Counted from the first letter of the stretch, positions 28,814 to 37,933 are shown. The stretch: DNA of 64,000 nt from an uncultured virus (IMG/VR IMGVR_UViG_3300030613_000009) (IMGVR_UViG_3300030613_000009:1-64000), one strand, 5' to 3'. Numbers and translations: made by a program. Notes: generated by a model not told the origin, from the letters alone.

Positions 28814-29170
28814 ATGCAAAAGCTAAATACCGATGACGTCGTTTCCTTCCTGAAGTCAGCCCCCGCAACGGTCAACGAGGTTGCGGCCAAGTTCGCCGCT
28901 ACCAAGCAGACCGCCAACCGGGTGCTGGCCAATCTTCGCAAGGTCGGCACGGTAGCGGTGGTGTCGAGCCGCAACAAGGTGAACCCCCAGGGCGGTGCCG
29001 TTCGTGGCCGTCCGGAGTTCCTGTATGGCGTCCTGGCTGCAGGCGAGGTCGTAGAGACTCCCGCAGCTCCAGTGGGGGTTGTAGAGGTTCCGGTCGTTCC
29101 GGTAGAGGTTGCACTCTCCCCGCTCGAAGAGACCAAGACATTCTCTTTCGACGATACCGACCGGCCGTAA
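28814..29170 (+). CDS. winged-HTH DNA-binding protein
   Basis: TVNEVAAKF..TKQTANRVLANL...RGRPEFLY; TGgTATAAT and AAGGAG upstream. Confidence 0.75.
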   Translation: MQKLNTDDVVSFLKSAPATVNEVAAKFAATKQTANRVLANLRKVGTVAVVSSRNKVNPQGGAVRGRPEFLYGVLAAGEVVETPAAPVGVVEVPVVPVEVALSPLEETKTFSFDDTDRP

Positions 29171-29190
29171 AATCCGGGTGAATCTCCGTC

Positions 29191-29222
29191 AAGGCCCCGC
29201 GAAAAGAGTGTCTCGGGGCCTT
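29191..29222 (+). terminator. hairpin, probable terminator
   Basis: AAGGCCCCG...CGGGGCCTT inverted repeat with T-rich sequence after it. Confidence 0.55.
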
Positions 29223-29255
29223 GACGTTTTTCTAGCAACAAGGTACAACTACGCC

Positions 29256-29549
29256 ATGACTAAGACCCAACTTTTGCAGATTTTGTCTGATATTGGTGCC
29301 TGTCCCGCAGCCATGAAGTGGGTGCGAGACACTCCGGGAACCCCCAAAGAATTGTACCAAAAATGCCGCAACCGTATCTGGCTAGAGTTTGTCGTCGAAC
29401 GCTTATATTCCAGCTTCGATTGGTACGAATACCGCAAGGCATCCGGCGAGGACTGGAAAGAGTACTACTGCAGATTCAACCTCAAGGCCTGCAATATTAT
29501 CCGCAAAATGGTGCCGTGGGCAAAGCTCAAGAAGGCGCTGGAGAAGTGA
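29256..29549 (+). CDS. hypothetical protein, paralogue of 32800-33120
   Basis: AC..A..WVR.TPGTP.EL..KC...WLEF shared; ATG 35 nt after TTGACG. Confidence 0.75.
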   Translation: MTKTQLLQILSDIGACPAAMKWVRDTPGTPKELYQKCRNRIWLEFVVERLYSSFDWYEYRKASGEDWKEYYCRFNLKACNIIRKMVPWAKLKKALEK

Positions 29550-29989
29550 CTAGACACAAAATCTCCGTCTATGCGGACGGGTCCAGCACGGGGCGCCTTG
29601 AAGGTGCCACTGGATGGGGGTGGCTTGTCATCGATTGGACCGACGACAAAATCGTTTGTGCTGGGTCCGAAGGCTCACCCAATGGTTCTAATTCGACCGC
29701 AGAACTGCAAGCAGCCATATGCGGACTCAGGGCTGTTATGGACCGGAACGTGCATGTAGGAAACGACGTGACGCTGATATCCGACAGCCAATACGCCCTC
29801 AATCTAGCCAACGGTTCCTTCAAGGCTCACAAGCATCAAGAGCTGGTCAAATCTTTGCAGGCGCTGGTGGCGATAACAGGGGCCAAGACCCACTGGGTCA
29901 AGGGCCACTCGGGCGACCCCTTCAACTCGAAGGTAGACGCACTTGCCAAAGCAGGAAAAGAGCGGTATAGCCCCCCAAAAGGAGATTGA
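29546..29989 (+). CDS. rnhA: ribonuclease HI
   Basis: YADGS, NSTAELQA, ISDSQY, HWVKGHSG..N..VD.LA; GTG start overlaps upstream TGA. Confidence 0.92.
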   Translation: MTRHKISVYADGSSTGRLEGATGWGWLVIDWTDDKIVCAGSEGSPNGSNSTAELQAAICGLRAVMDRNVHVGNDVTLISDSQYALNLANGSFKAHKHQELVKSLQALVAITGAKTHWVKGHSGDPFNSKVDALAKAGKERYSPPKGD

Positions 29990-29990
29990 A

Positions 29991-30281
29991 ATGTTCAACG
30001 ACATTGGTTTTCTGACGAAGCTTGGTGACGTATCCGATGCCCATGCGCGGGCTGGACACCCACACCCTTGCGATTCTAGAGGTCCGCAGGAGGTGCTATT
30101 CGATTCGATGCCCAAGGTTGGGGAACGGTGGGAGTTTGTTCTGGATGGACGGGTATGCGCGACGTCCCACGTAAAGGAGCGCTCGACCTCCTGGCCAGCA
30201 AAATGCTTGATGGAGATTGTCTTTTCGACTTCCAATTCAAAGTACAAGCTGGAGCTTGACATCGCCGACTTTATCGGGTAG
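29991..30281 (+). CDS. hypothetical protein
   Basis: AAGGAG RBS before ATG 29991. Confidence 0.6.
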   Translation: MFNDIGFLTKLGDVSDAHARAGHPHPCDSRGPQEVLFDSMPKVGERWEFVLDGRVCATSHVKERSTSWPAKCLMEIVFSTSNSKYKLELDIADFIG

Positions 30282-30292
30282 GTTCTCTCTAT

Positions 30293-30417
30293 CAAAGAAG
30301 AATGACGAATGTCAAGGTGCGGGAATACAATTACTTCGAGTCACCGACCGAGAATACATTAAGTCCCCCGAAGAAACCGTGCGAAGGGTGCTTTTGTGGA
30401 TTGACAGCCCCGACTAG
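30293..30417 (+). pseudogene. C-terminal remnant of Vsr/DUF559-like endonuclease
   Basis: KKNDECQGAGIQLLRVTDREY...TVRRVLLWI matches RKNQQCLDAGIKLLRVKDSEY...TIKRVLDWL of 46265-47230; no start codon. Confidence 0.75.
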
Positions 30418-30451
30418 GGGTGGTACCTTCCGCTTATCAAAGGAGAAAACC

Positions 30452-30670
30452 TTGAAGTACCACGTACAGATGGAACGCACAATCGATATCATCGTGGAAG
30501 CCGACGACCGGCGAGCGCTAGAAGCTGCGCTTGCCCGACTGACCGGGGAAGAGGGCAACGCCCTTGCCGTAGCCTCCGGAAGTGACTGGCAATACTTTAT
30601 CGGCCCCCCAATGGGCCCAGCAAAAGCTGCATACATCGTAACCGACGAACAACTTAAGGAACTACCGTGA
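30452..30670 (+). CDS. hypothetical protein
   Basis: TTGACA(30401) promoter, AAGGAG RBS, TTG start. Confidence 0.6.
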   Translation: MKYHVQMERTIDIIVEADDRRALEAALARLTGEEGNALAVASGSDWQYFIGPPMGPAKAAYIVTDEQLKELP

Positions 30671-30972
30671 GCCACATTATCAGCAACGACCTCGTGATGT
30701 TTGCAGCCATCAAGACTCACCCCAATGCGGAACGCATCGAACTGGCCCAAATCGCCCATGAGCTTGCTGGGCGTCCGTGTGGGTCCTTCGTCTACGACAA
30801 GACGATGTGGCTCGCCCTACTGGACCGTCTCTTGATGCTCGGGTACGTCCAGAAGGTAGGGGTCAACTTCGCCCCCACCAAGGTCGGGACCGACTTCCTC
30901 GGTCGCCGGGCTCTGGAGAATCAGGCACAGGCTGTCCGCGTCTACCAGGCCATCGCATTCGGAATTTTCTGA
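30667..30972 (+). CDS. hypothetical protein
   Basis: GTGA overlap; AAGGA RBS. Confidence 0.6.
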   Translation: MSHIISNDLVMFAAIKTHPNAERIELAQIAHELAGRPCGSFVYDKTMWLALLDRLLMLGYVQKVGVNFAPTKVGTDFLGRRALENQAQAVRVYQAIAFGIF

Positions 30973-30982
30973 AAGGTCCAAA

Positions 30983-31246
30983 ATGTTCACAGCAACGGCC
31001 TCGCCAGACCTAGTATGGTATCGCAATCTCGAATCGGGAGAGTTCTCTGACGACACTGTTGCGTCGGCAATGTGGGCAGCCACGATTGAAGGTCTGGGCA
31101 CCGGCCAACCCATCGTTCCGGTCTTGGCTGAATTCTTCAACGGTCACTTTATCGAAGGTGAGACCGCGACCGAAGCTATCCAGGCTTTTGACTCCGAGTG
31201 GACTGCACAAAATGGCAGCGAGCGTAAGATGGGATTCGGTGCATAA
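30983..31246 (+). CDS. hypothetical protein
   Basis: operon packing. Confidence 0.55.
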   Translation: MFTATASPDLVWYRNLESGEFSDDTVASAMWAATIEGLGTGQPIVPVLAEFFNGHFIEGETATEAIQAFDSEWTAQNGSERKMGFGA

Positions 31247-31476
31247 TGGCAACCGCGCAAGAGTGGTTAGAAGAGATGCGACACGTAGGCCTGCCAAGCG
31301 AGTGGGTCCCACAAGAGTTGGTACGTGAGTTGAAGTACGTATTGCCAGGCGCCATCTTTTGGTGTTACGAAGACGAGCCTGGGCTAATCTATGTAGTTCG
31401 TCGAGGTAAGCAATTGGCCTTTGGTTCAGACGCCAAGGAAGCCCTGAGCCGGGCTATCTTCCTTTGGGTCCGCTAA
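31246..31476 (+). CDS. hypothetical protein
   Basis: TAATG overlap. Confidence 0.55.
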   Translation: MATAQEWLEEMRHVGLPSEWVPQELVRELKYVLPGAIFWCYEDEPGLIYVVRRGKQLAFGSDAKEALSRAIFLWVR

Positions 31477-31883
31477 TTCTACAGCCGAATAGGTGGGTTT
31501 GTGGGCCCACCTCCTTGGTCAATCTCATGGCCCTTCGTGGTCGTGCGATTGGCCTAGAGGCCTCCATTCGTTGGACCGGGGCCACGCCAGAAAAGGGCAC
31601 TCCAGCAGCAGCGCTCAAGCGTGCGTTGGACTGGCTCAAGGTGCCGTGCGTGGAGTACTCGTCGCCCGGGCTGAGACGTAGCTGGGGCCGTTTGACCCGC
31701 TCGAGTCGCCCTGGGCTGCTGTCCGTCGACAAAGACGAGCATTGGGTGCTGTTGATGTCTGGGGTGGGCCGCAGAATCCTGGTCTGGGACCCACTGGTGG
31801 GGCTGTGCGTCTACGGTCGAGCCGAGTTCATGTCGCGGTGGGTTTCGCCTGTTGGCCGCTTCTATGGGTTGCTTACTTCTTGA
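31464..31883 (+). CDS. peptidase C39-like cysteine protease
   Basis: Q.....CGPTSL, HWVLL, VWDP (Cys-His-Asp). Confidence 0.8.
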   Translation: MGPLILQPNRWVCGPTSLVNLMALRGRAIGLEASIRWTGATPEKGTPAAALKRALDWLKVPCVEYSSPGLRRSWGRLTRSSRPGLLSVDKDEHWVLLMSGVGRRILVWDPLVGLCVYGRAEFMSRWVSPVGRFYGLLTS

Positions 31884-32550
31884 TGCCAGCCAAGAAGTCC
31901 CGAATCGAAGTCCACGAAGCACTCATCGCTACGTGATGGTTCGACCTCGGGGTACCACGACTGACTATCCCCACGACGGCGCCTCGATAGAAGACAGGGC
32001 TGCCAGAGCCGCCTGGAAGTACAGGGAAGCTTCCGATTACCAAGCCGTCTAGACGTCCACCATGAATCGTGACCGTCAGATAGCCGTCCGTCATGATAGG
32101 AAACTCTATCCCGAGAGGGTAAGCTACATTGGTGACCTTCGCGCCCGCTGGCGGTGAGAAGAGCCCGATGTCGGAGTGGTCAGGAAGCCAGCACTTTGAC
32201 CGAAAAAGAGCTAGGTCCTTGTCTTCGTCGACCGCAACCACTTCGGCCAAGCATAACTCCCGGCTCGCGTAGTCAAAAATCGTGATGGAGCCGATAGAAG
32301 CCGTGACCCCCGACCCCGCCAAGTCTGGGGGAACGTGGGCCACGCCGCAGTGACCGGCAGTCAGGATGAGGTCGTGGGAAATCGCCACGCCGCTACAGCT
32401 TCCTTCTTGGGTGACGCTGTCCGGGCCCAGGGCCAGCCTATGTGTGATTTCTAGACGGACGGCCGAAGTGATTTCTCGTTGCTCTTCGGTGCGAATGTGG
32501 GCGCACGAACTAGCAACTACCATCAGTACCAGGAGAAATCTACGCATCAT
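31873..32550 (-). CDS. trypsin-like serine protease, putative lipoprotein
   Basis: LTAGHC, DLAL, PGGSGSPV; signal MRRFLLVLMVVASSC; GAGGAG RBS; TAATCT at 32599. Confidence 0.85.
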   Translation of the reverse strand: MMRRFLLVLMVVASSCAHIRTEEQREITSAVRLEITHRLALGPDSVTQEGSCSGVAISHDLILTAGHCGVAHVPPDLAGSGVTASIGSITIFDYASRELCLAEVVAVDEDKDLALFRSKCWLPDHSDIGLFSPPAGAKVTNVAYPLGIEFPIMTDGYLTVTIHGGRLDGLVIGSFPVLPGGSGSPVFYRGAVVGIVSRGTPRSNHHVAMSASWTSIRDFLAGIKK

Positions 32551-32596
32551 GCACTCCTCGGAGCGCGGTAACCTATATGGTTTTGGCTCCGATTTC

Positions 32597-32803
32597 TCAG
32601 ATTATGTCACCCGGCAACATCTCGGTAGCGCTGAATGTGCTTACGAGCCGCCACGGCACCATCGCCTGAGCCTTGAGGACGGCGTAGTCTGCCGTGTCCG
32701 CTCGGACCCAAACGTAGATGGGGCCTACGTACAGGGCTGCGACATTGGGGTCACAGCGTTGACCGGATAGGTGGGACTCTAGGCGGACTACGTAGGTCTT
32801 CAT
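32597..32803 (-). CDS. hypothetical protein
   Basis: ATGA overlap with upstream gene. Confidence 0.5.
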   Translation of the reverse strand: MKTYVVRLESHLSGQRCDPNVAALYVGPIYVWVRADTADYAVLKAQAMVPWRLVSTFSATEMLPGDII

Positions 32804-33120
32804 GGTGCGGTTCCAAGAGCCCCTTCGATGTCAGCCCACAAAACCAACGAACGGATGATATCGCAGCCCTGACGGTGGTACTCGGCCCACAGCTGGTCGA
32901 CCTGACGGTGGTACTCGGCCCACAGCTGGTCGACCTGACGGTTGTGTTCGGCCCAGTCGAAAGAGACTTTGGACTCGCGGACAAGAAACTCCAACCAAAG
33001 TGGCCTTTCGCATTTATTCCAGAGTTCTTCGGGAGTTCCTGGGGTCGTTCTGACCCAATCAAGAGCTTCGTCACAAGCGTTGATTTGAATCAGCTTCTGG
33101 ATGAGTTGTGCGTTGGTCAT
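32800..33120 (-). CDS. hypothetical protein with 11-aa repeats, paralogue of 29256-29549
   Basis: WAEYHRQVDQL repeats; ATG 35 nt after TTGACA. Confidence 0.75.
   Translation of the reverse strand: MTNAQLIQKLIQINACDEALDWVRTTPGTPEELWNKCERPLWLEFLVRESKVSFDWAEHNRQVDQLWAEYHRQVDQLWAEYHRQGCDIIRSLVLWADIEGALGTAP
32868..32960. repeat. 33-bp coding tandem repeat (2 exact copies plus 1 partial)
   Basis: cctgacggtggtactcggcccacagctggtcga. Confidence 0.9.
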
Positions 33121-33160
33121 GGTGTATATATGCCAGGGTTTGGGTTGAGTGTCAAGGGTG

Positions 33161-33520
33161 TCAAATAACCGGTTTGACGGCTGGGGGTGTGGTTGCCAGT
33201 GCGAAGGAAGCCCTGGCGGTAGCCAGAGCCCTCAAGGCATCCTCCAGAGCGAGTTGAGCCTTGAAGACCTCGCGCTCTGCCATCCAGACCCGGAACGATT
33301 CGCTACGAGGGGAATTGGCGGCTGGGGCCGGCATCCAAGGCTCCATACCCTGGAAGAAGGCTTTGTCGAGGCGCTCCGTCAAGAACTCGTAAGTGTCCGC
33401 TTCTTTGTTGAGCAGCTCGGTTTCTGGGTCGTCGACCGCTTCGCCCTCGATGATGGGGAGGTCAGCGTCCAGAACCAATTCGAATTCGACTTCGTTGACG
33501 ATTGATGGAGGAGTGAACAT
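33161..33520 (-). CDS. hypothetical acidic protein
   Basis: TTGACT-N17-TATAAC-N6-ATG on minus strand. Confidence 0.7.
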   Translation of the reverse strand: MFTPPSIVNEVEFELVLDADLPIIEGEAVDDPETELLNKEADTYEFLTERLDKAFFQGMEPWMPAPAANSPRSESFRVWMAEREVFKAQLALEDALRALATARASFALATTPPAVKPVI

Positions 33521-33578
33521 GAATTAGTTATACCCTCGCACTCTTGTGGAGTCAAGGGCTGGCTGCTACAATGCACTT

Positions 33579-34136
33579 ATGAATCCGACGTTCTTCTCAG
33601 GCGCTGACGCGGTAGCATGTGACCAGCTTACAGAAGCGGGCTTTTCTTTGGAAGTGCTAGATGAACGAACCGCCATCAGGCGATGGGTGTTGTCGATTCG
33701 GGGGCAAATCAAGGGTAGGATGACGAACGATTACCGAGGCCAAAGCGTAGCCATATGGGCCATCCATCAGAACGGAATCGTGTCGCCCGGGGGCCCGCTG
33801 TTGCATTGGATTACTGGCAAAAAAAAATACCAGTTGGCTCCTCCCGGCAATCTGGATGCATGGGTACGGATAGATATGACCGAACGACTATTCCAGCAAA
33901 TCCAGCACGAGTTCGACGGTGTGCCCGAAACTTGGCGAGGACCGTTTGATGAGGGCCAGGAAGTCACATCTTCATGGTCCAGCATCGTGCCTGAACAGAA
34001 CCGATTGAGGTTGGGCTACAATCGCTGGTCCGACCAGGGCTACCGGTTCAGAACAGAAGCCGCAGCTCTCACGCGAGAAGAACTCGAAGGCGACCCGGAC
34101 GGCGCTCCAGTGGCGAGCTGGCGAGAAAGGCCTTGA
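33579..34136 (+). CDS. hypothetical protein
   Basis: TGcTACAAT-N6-ATG. Confidence 0.65.
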   Translation: MNPTFFSGADAVACDQLTEAGFSLEVLDERTAIRRWVLSIRGQIKGRMTNDYRGQSVAIWAIHQNGIVSPGGPLLHWITGKKKYQLAPPGNLDAWVRIDMTERLFQQIQHEFDGVPETWRGPFDEGQEVTSSWSSIVPEQNRLRLGYNRWSDQGYRFRTEAAALTREELEGDPDGAPVASWRERP

Positions 34137-34167
34137 CAGACCAAGTAGGGCCTGGTATATATACGCC

Positions 34168-34281
34168 ATGAACCCAAGAATCGTAGCTAAGGCGATGTTC
34201 GTAGTCGGCGCCGTTGTCATCCTCACAGGCTCTCTGCTTCCCCTGATTGTCGCTGGCTACCGGTACGGGTTGCTGCCATGA
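34168..34281 (+). CDS. small membrane peptide
   Basis: ATG 35 nt after TTGACA(34133); hydrophobic 37 aa. Confidence 0.5.
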   Translation: MNPRIVAKAMFVVGAVVILTGSLLPLIVAGYRYGLLP

Positions 34282-34450
34282 TTGACGAGGAAGAGCTGCG
34301 CCTAGCCCTGGTCCAGAAGCTGGATTCCCTCGGACTCCACCCCCACCACAGGCTCCCATACCCTCCGATGCTGGCCGGCCAAGACGTTACGGCCCCCAAG
34401 CTGACCACCGAAGCCACACTCCGAGCTTTTAAATTGACAAGGATGAACTA

Positions 34451-34693
34451 ATGGACGCCAACCACCAGGCATTTTTGGCCGAGCTGATTGAAGAAGCGCT
34501 GGACGTAGCGGCCGATTACGGATATGCTATTGGAAGCAAGGCCTCTCCGGCGCATATCGCCCACATAGAGCAGTTCTTGGCGACAGCAGCCGATAAGCTC
34601 TATACGGGCGTAGGATTAGGCCCCGAGCATGCTCGGCGTTTGGTCACTCTGATGGGGGAGGCGGCTCGTCGGAGGGCGGTGAAGAGTCCTTGA
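34451..34693 (+). CDS. hypothetical protein
   Basis: AAGGA RBS; TAATG overlap. Confidence 0.55.
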   Translation: MDANHQAFLAELIEEALDVAADYGYAIGSKASPAHIAHIEQFLATAADKLYTGVGLGPEHARRLVTLMGEAARRRAVKSP

Positions 34694-34886
34694 GGATCTT
34701 CTTGGCCATAATATTCCCGCCTGCGTAGACTGCCGTAGCCGCTAGGAGCGCGGTGACGTATTCGGGATACACCGGAACGAGTGTGGGCCAAATACCTGTG
34801 ACACCGTAGCCAACAGTGGCCAGGGCCATGGTGAGCCATGTCAAATGGAGTTTTCTCGAGGTGAGTCCGCCATCGCTAAGGTCCAT
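34644..34886 (-). CDS. holin candidate (two TM segments)
   Basis: SRKL followed by two hydrophobic helices and a charged tail; downstream of late motif. Confidence 0.5.
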   Translation of the reverse strand: MDLSDGGLTSRKLHLTWLTMALATVGYGVTGIWPTLVPVYPEYVTALLAATAVYAGGNIMAKKILKDSSPPSDEPPPPSE

Positions 34887-34888
34887 AA

Positions 34889-35329
34889 TTACAATCCCAC
34901 GATAGTTAACAGCACCTTGAGGTAATCCAGCGCTTTGGGCCCAGCCATCAACATACTGCCTACAGCGGCAAATCCAGCGGCAACTCGAACAGAGATAGCC
35001 GCCACCTGGACTTTCTTCTGCAATGGTGTTATTCGGTCGTCTACTTCAGCCAGGGCTCCCTCTAGAAGCTCTGTACGATGCATGTGCTGTACGAGAGATG
35101 CTGCCTGACCTACCAAAATTCCGGCTTGGATCGCCTGTGCGGCTTTTATCCCTGCCAGGCCAGCCTCTAGTTCGCCAAACTTTACGTCGACTTGGTCGAA
35201 TTTTCGTTCGACTCGGTCGAATTTTTCATCAATTTTGTCGAATTTTTCGTCTATTCTGTCGAAGCGAGAGTCTAGTCTTGACTCAACCGCCTGGAGCGCT
35301 TGGATAAGGTCTAATTGGTCAGTGGCCAT
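34889..35329 (-). CDS. coiled-coil membrane protein, possible lysis accessory
   Basis: FD(R/K)IDEK heptads and C-terminal TM; TAATCT 7 nt before ATG. Confidence 0.65.
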   Translation of the reverse strand: MATDQLDLIQALQAVESRLDSRFDRIDEKFDKIDEKFDRVERKFDQVDVKFGELEAGLAGIKAAQAIQAGILVGQAASLVQHMHRTELLEGALAEVDDRITPLQKKVQVAAISVRVAAGFAAVGSMLMAGPKALDYLKVLLTIVGL

Positions 35330-35339
35330 ACCACAAAGA

Positions 35340-35519
35340 TTATCGGGATTGCATGAAACTCAGTATCGCGATGCCGAAGACCCCACCGACAAAGAACGAG
35401 ACCATCAAAACGCGCCACAAAATGTCCTGGGCCAGGATGAAGCTGTCTTCAATGTCCCTTGGACTATCGGCACCAAAGTAGAGCGTGCGGCGGACAATGC
35501 GTCGGGCTAGGTAGAGCAT
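35340..35519 (-). CDS. small membrane protein
   Basis: TTGACA-N17-TACCAT-N6-ATG; C-terminal TM. Confidence 0.55.
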   Translation of the reverse strand: MLYLARRIVRRTLYFGADSPRDIEDSFILAQDILWRVLMVSFFVGGVFGIAILSFMQSR

Positions 35520-35593
35520 GCGGGAATGGTACGCTTCTGAGGACAGACTGTCAAGGGCTAGACTCGCAAGGTTTAGTGTGGTACTCATTAAAC

Positions 35594-35842
35594 ATGAACC
35601 GCCGACCAAGAGGCCATTGGATAGATGTAGACCTACAAGCAGAAATCAAGGCTTTGGGTAGGTTCAAAATGACTTATATAACTGGGCCACAAGGCGTCCT
35701 GAAGAGCGAAATCGTACCTTACATGCCCGGACTCTCGCATGAGACATGTCACGCGCTAGTCAAGCAAGCCGTCCTACGTGGGCGCCACCACAAGGCGCTT
35801 TGTTTTGATTTCCAAGACCTTGACAGCGATTCGGAAGATTGA
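35594..35842 (+). CDS. hypothetical protein
   Basis: TAGACT-N17-TACTCA-N6-ATG. Confidence 0.55.
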   Translation: MNRRPRGHWIDVDLQAEIKALGRFKMTYITGPQGVLKSEIVPYMPGLSHETCHALVKQAVLRGRHHKALCFDFQDLDSDSED

Positions 35843-35854
35843 TACATATTCATC

Positions 35855-36040
35855 ATGAACGACGCCAACAAGCTCTTCGAAGCCGCTCTCAAGAAGGTTC
35901 AGTCCGCCTCAATCCGCGCCTGGGCCCAGACCGACCGCAACCGCCCGCTGTGGCTGAAGCACTGCGGCTCCGTCAACGAGAAATACGCAACCCCCGATTT
36001 CGTCGCCGGCTACATCGTGGCGCTTGCAATCGGCCTCTAA
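35855..36040 (+). CDS. hypothetical protein
   Basis: ATG 35 nt after TTGACA(35820). Confidence 0.65.
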   Translation: MNDANKLFEAALKKVQSASIRAWAQTDRNRPLWLKHCGSVNEKYATPDFVAGYIVALAIGL

Positions 36041-36070
36041 CTACAGTAGTAAATACCTCAAGGAGCAAAC

Positions 36071-36463
36071 ATGGACTTCGACGATTTTGTGCAGATGAAT
36101 GTTGACACCGGCGCCGCTTTCGAGTTCTTTGGGGTTGACGAGAACCTCTTCAAGATTGGCTCCCACGTCATCCGCGTTCTGGAGGACGAGTCGGACGGTT
36201 ACCGCTCCCACCTTGGGTCGGTCGAAATTGACCCCAAGCTTGAAGACGTCAAGCCCATCTTCTTTCGACGGTCTATCGACTCGGTTCGTATCCATCGAGT
36301 AACTGAGGTAGACAACACCCCCTGGAGCACCGACCTCCTCTTGAGCTTTTTCGGCTTCGAGTTGCGCTCCGTCGTTGACGGGCACGTTTGGCTCCGGTTC
36401 GGCACGGAAAACTACGACGACTACTACCCCTGCTTCATCTTCTCCTACACCCCCCGCACTTGA
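36071..36463 (+). CDS. phage hypothetical protein
   Basis: AAGGAG RBS; EDESDGYRS and FGTENYDDYYP motifs. Confidence 0.7.
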   Translation: MDFDDFVQMNVDTGAAFEFFGVDENLFKIGSHVIRVLEDESDGYRSHLGSVEIDPKLEDVKPIFFRRSIDSVRIHRVTEVDNTPWSTDLLLSFFGFELRSVVDGHVWLRFGTENYDDYYPCFIFSYTPRT

Positions 36464-36514
36464 CATCAAATCCGCAGTCTGGCATATACAAAGCATCACC
36501 CAAGGAGTATCACA

Positions 36515-36763
36515 ATGGCAATCCAGCTTCACTCGAATTTCTTCCCTCTCCGCACCTTTCTCATACTTAGCCGCGCTATCAACTTCGTGCATGACAACAA
36601 GGCCAAGAACTCCCGCGATTTTTCGATGCTCACCTCGGACGGCCCAGGTCCGTGGCCCACCGTCAAGTTCTGGTACGTCGACACCAACCAGGTCGGCAAC
36701 AAGGAAGTCAAGGACCCCACCAACCCCCTACGTACCGTGTACGTGCATGGCGGCCAGTCGTGA
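36515..36763 (+). CDS. hypothetical protein
   Basis: TTGACA(36460) promoter and AAGGAG RBS. Confidence 0.65.
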   Translation: MAIQLHSNFFPLRTFLILSRAINFVHDNKAKNSRDFSMLTSDGPGPWPTVKFWYVDTNQVGNKEVKDPTNPLRTVYVHGGQS

Positions 36764-37047
36764 GCATCTTTTGTGACCACTGGAATGAGGACCGGGATTG
36801 GCCAGCTCCCAGGTCGGATGACATGGGCGACGCCAAAGACCTTCGGAAGAACGTTGAAGCGTTGCGCGAATCCTTCGATCCCGCTCTATCCACACGAACC
36901 AACGTGTTGATTGAACTGCAGAAAATGGGCGGCCATAAAATGAACCAAGACGTAGACCACCCGCGAGCAGACCTCCTTCTCCTGGCCCTCATCAACGACC
37001 CGGAAATCACCGCCGCTTTCGCAGCTATCGAGAAGTGGTATGAGTAA
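36760..37047 (+). CDS. hypothetical protein
   Basis: GTGA overlap; H.RAD.LLL...KWY ending. Confidence 0.55.
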   Translation: MSIFCDHWNEDRDWPAPRSDDMGDAKDLRKNVEALRESFDPALSTRTNVLIELQKMGGHKMNQDVDHPRADLLLLALINDPEITAAFAAIEKWYE

Positions 37048-37213
37048 TCCAACGTTCGAGCAGTTTTTGACCATGGGGGCGATGTCTGCCCTCGCGGCTG
37101 TGGTCGGGGTAGTACTCGTCCCGATGGTTCTCGCCGGGGCTTGCGTCTGGGGCGTGTTGTGTGGTATCGGTTGGCTCGTGGAAGAGTTCAAGAAGGCCAT
37201 GGAAAAGTCATGA
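37040..37213 (+). CDS. small membrane protein
   Basis: 57-aa hydrophobic ORF filling the gap; ATGA overlap with next gene. Confidence 0.5.
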   Translation: MSNPTFEQFLTMGAMSALAAVVGVVLVPMVLAGACVWGVLCGIGWLVEEFKKAMEKS

Positions 37214-37566
37214 AATTCATCATCAGCCGTGCCAGTACCCGCCTCGATACCGCCTCCCCTTGCGAAGGGGCTATCGAAATCTCGGTCCCCATCATCGAAC
37301 GACGGACCTACAAGTCGTTCGAAGAGTACGACCTTAAGTCGCCCCGATGGCGGACTGTCGGCTTCCTGGAGGAAGGCACCGAGCATAAGGTCACTCCTCA
37401 GGGCATCCAGCGGCGAATGGGTGTCCGCAAGGAATGGGCTATCGACCTAGAAGGCCTCGAAGAACTCATGAAGTTCATTGACACTCATGGCAGGTGTGTG
37501 GTAGACCTAGACCCTTTTATCGAAGAGTACCCCACCATCACAATCTACGACAGCTACCTGGAGTAA
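37210..37566 (+). CDS. hypothetical protein
   Basis: start refined to ATG 37210; ends ITIYDSYLE. Confidence 0.65.
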   Translation: MKFIISRASTRLDTASPCEGAIEISVPIIERRTYKSFEEYDLKSPRWRTVGFLEEGTEHKVTPQGIQRRMGVRKEWAIDLEGLEELMKFIDTHGRCVVDLDPFIEEYPTITIYDSYLE

Positions 37567-37569
37567 ATC

Positions 37570-37839
37570 ATGAAGCTCGAAGAATTGCCCAAGGGCCTGC
37601 GCGAAGGAATTGAATTCGGTGTTGCTCGACTCAAGAGCGACTTCAACATGAAAATGACGGGCGGGGCCGTTTGGGCGGCCTTCAATCGCCCCGCCGCCAT
37701 CCACATCGCTCGGGACGAAATGATTGCCGTACACCAAAGGTACTTGGCGCAAATGCTGGATTGCCCCTTGTACGAGCACCAGAAAACGCGTATTCTGGTC
37801 GTACTGGCTGAGATTGAAATCTTGAGAGGTGTGGAATGA
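37570..37839 (+). CDS. hypothetical protein
   Basis: GGAG RBS. Confidence 0.55.
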   Translation: MKLEELPKGLREGIEFGVARLKSDFNMKMTGGAVWAAFNRPAAIHIARDEMIAVHQRYLAQMLDCPLYEHQKTRILVVLAEIEILRGVE

Positions 37840-37847
37840 AGAAGTTC

Positions 37848-37920
37848 GGGCCTTTAGCTCAATGGTTAGAGCCGCGCGCTCATAACGCGTCTTATCTCGG
37901 TTCGAGTCCGAGGGGGCCCA
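37848..37920 (+). tRNA. tRNA with CAT anticodon, probably Ile2 (lysidine type), otherwise elongator Met; CCA not encoded
   Basis: cloverleaf: GGGCCTT/GGGGCCC acceptor, TAGCTCAATGGTTAGAGC D arm, CTCATAA loop, GGTTCGAGTCC T arm; paired G1-C72 argues against initiator. Confidence 0.92.
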
Positions 37921-37933
37921 TAGGAGAAACAAC

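Noticed and set aside
32868..32960. 33-bp repeats as a mini CRISPR array
   Set aside because: Head-to-tail with no spacers, length a multiple of three, inside a coding frame; no cas genes
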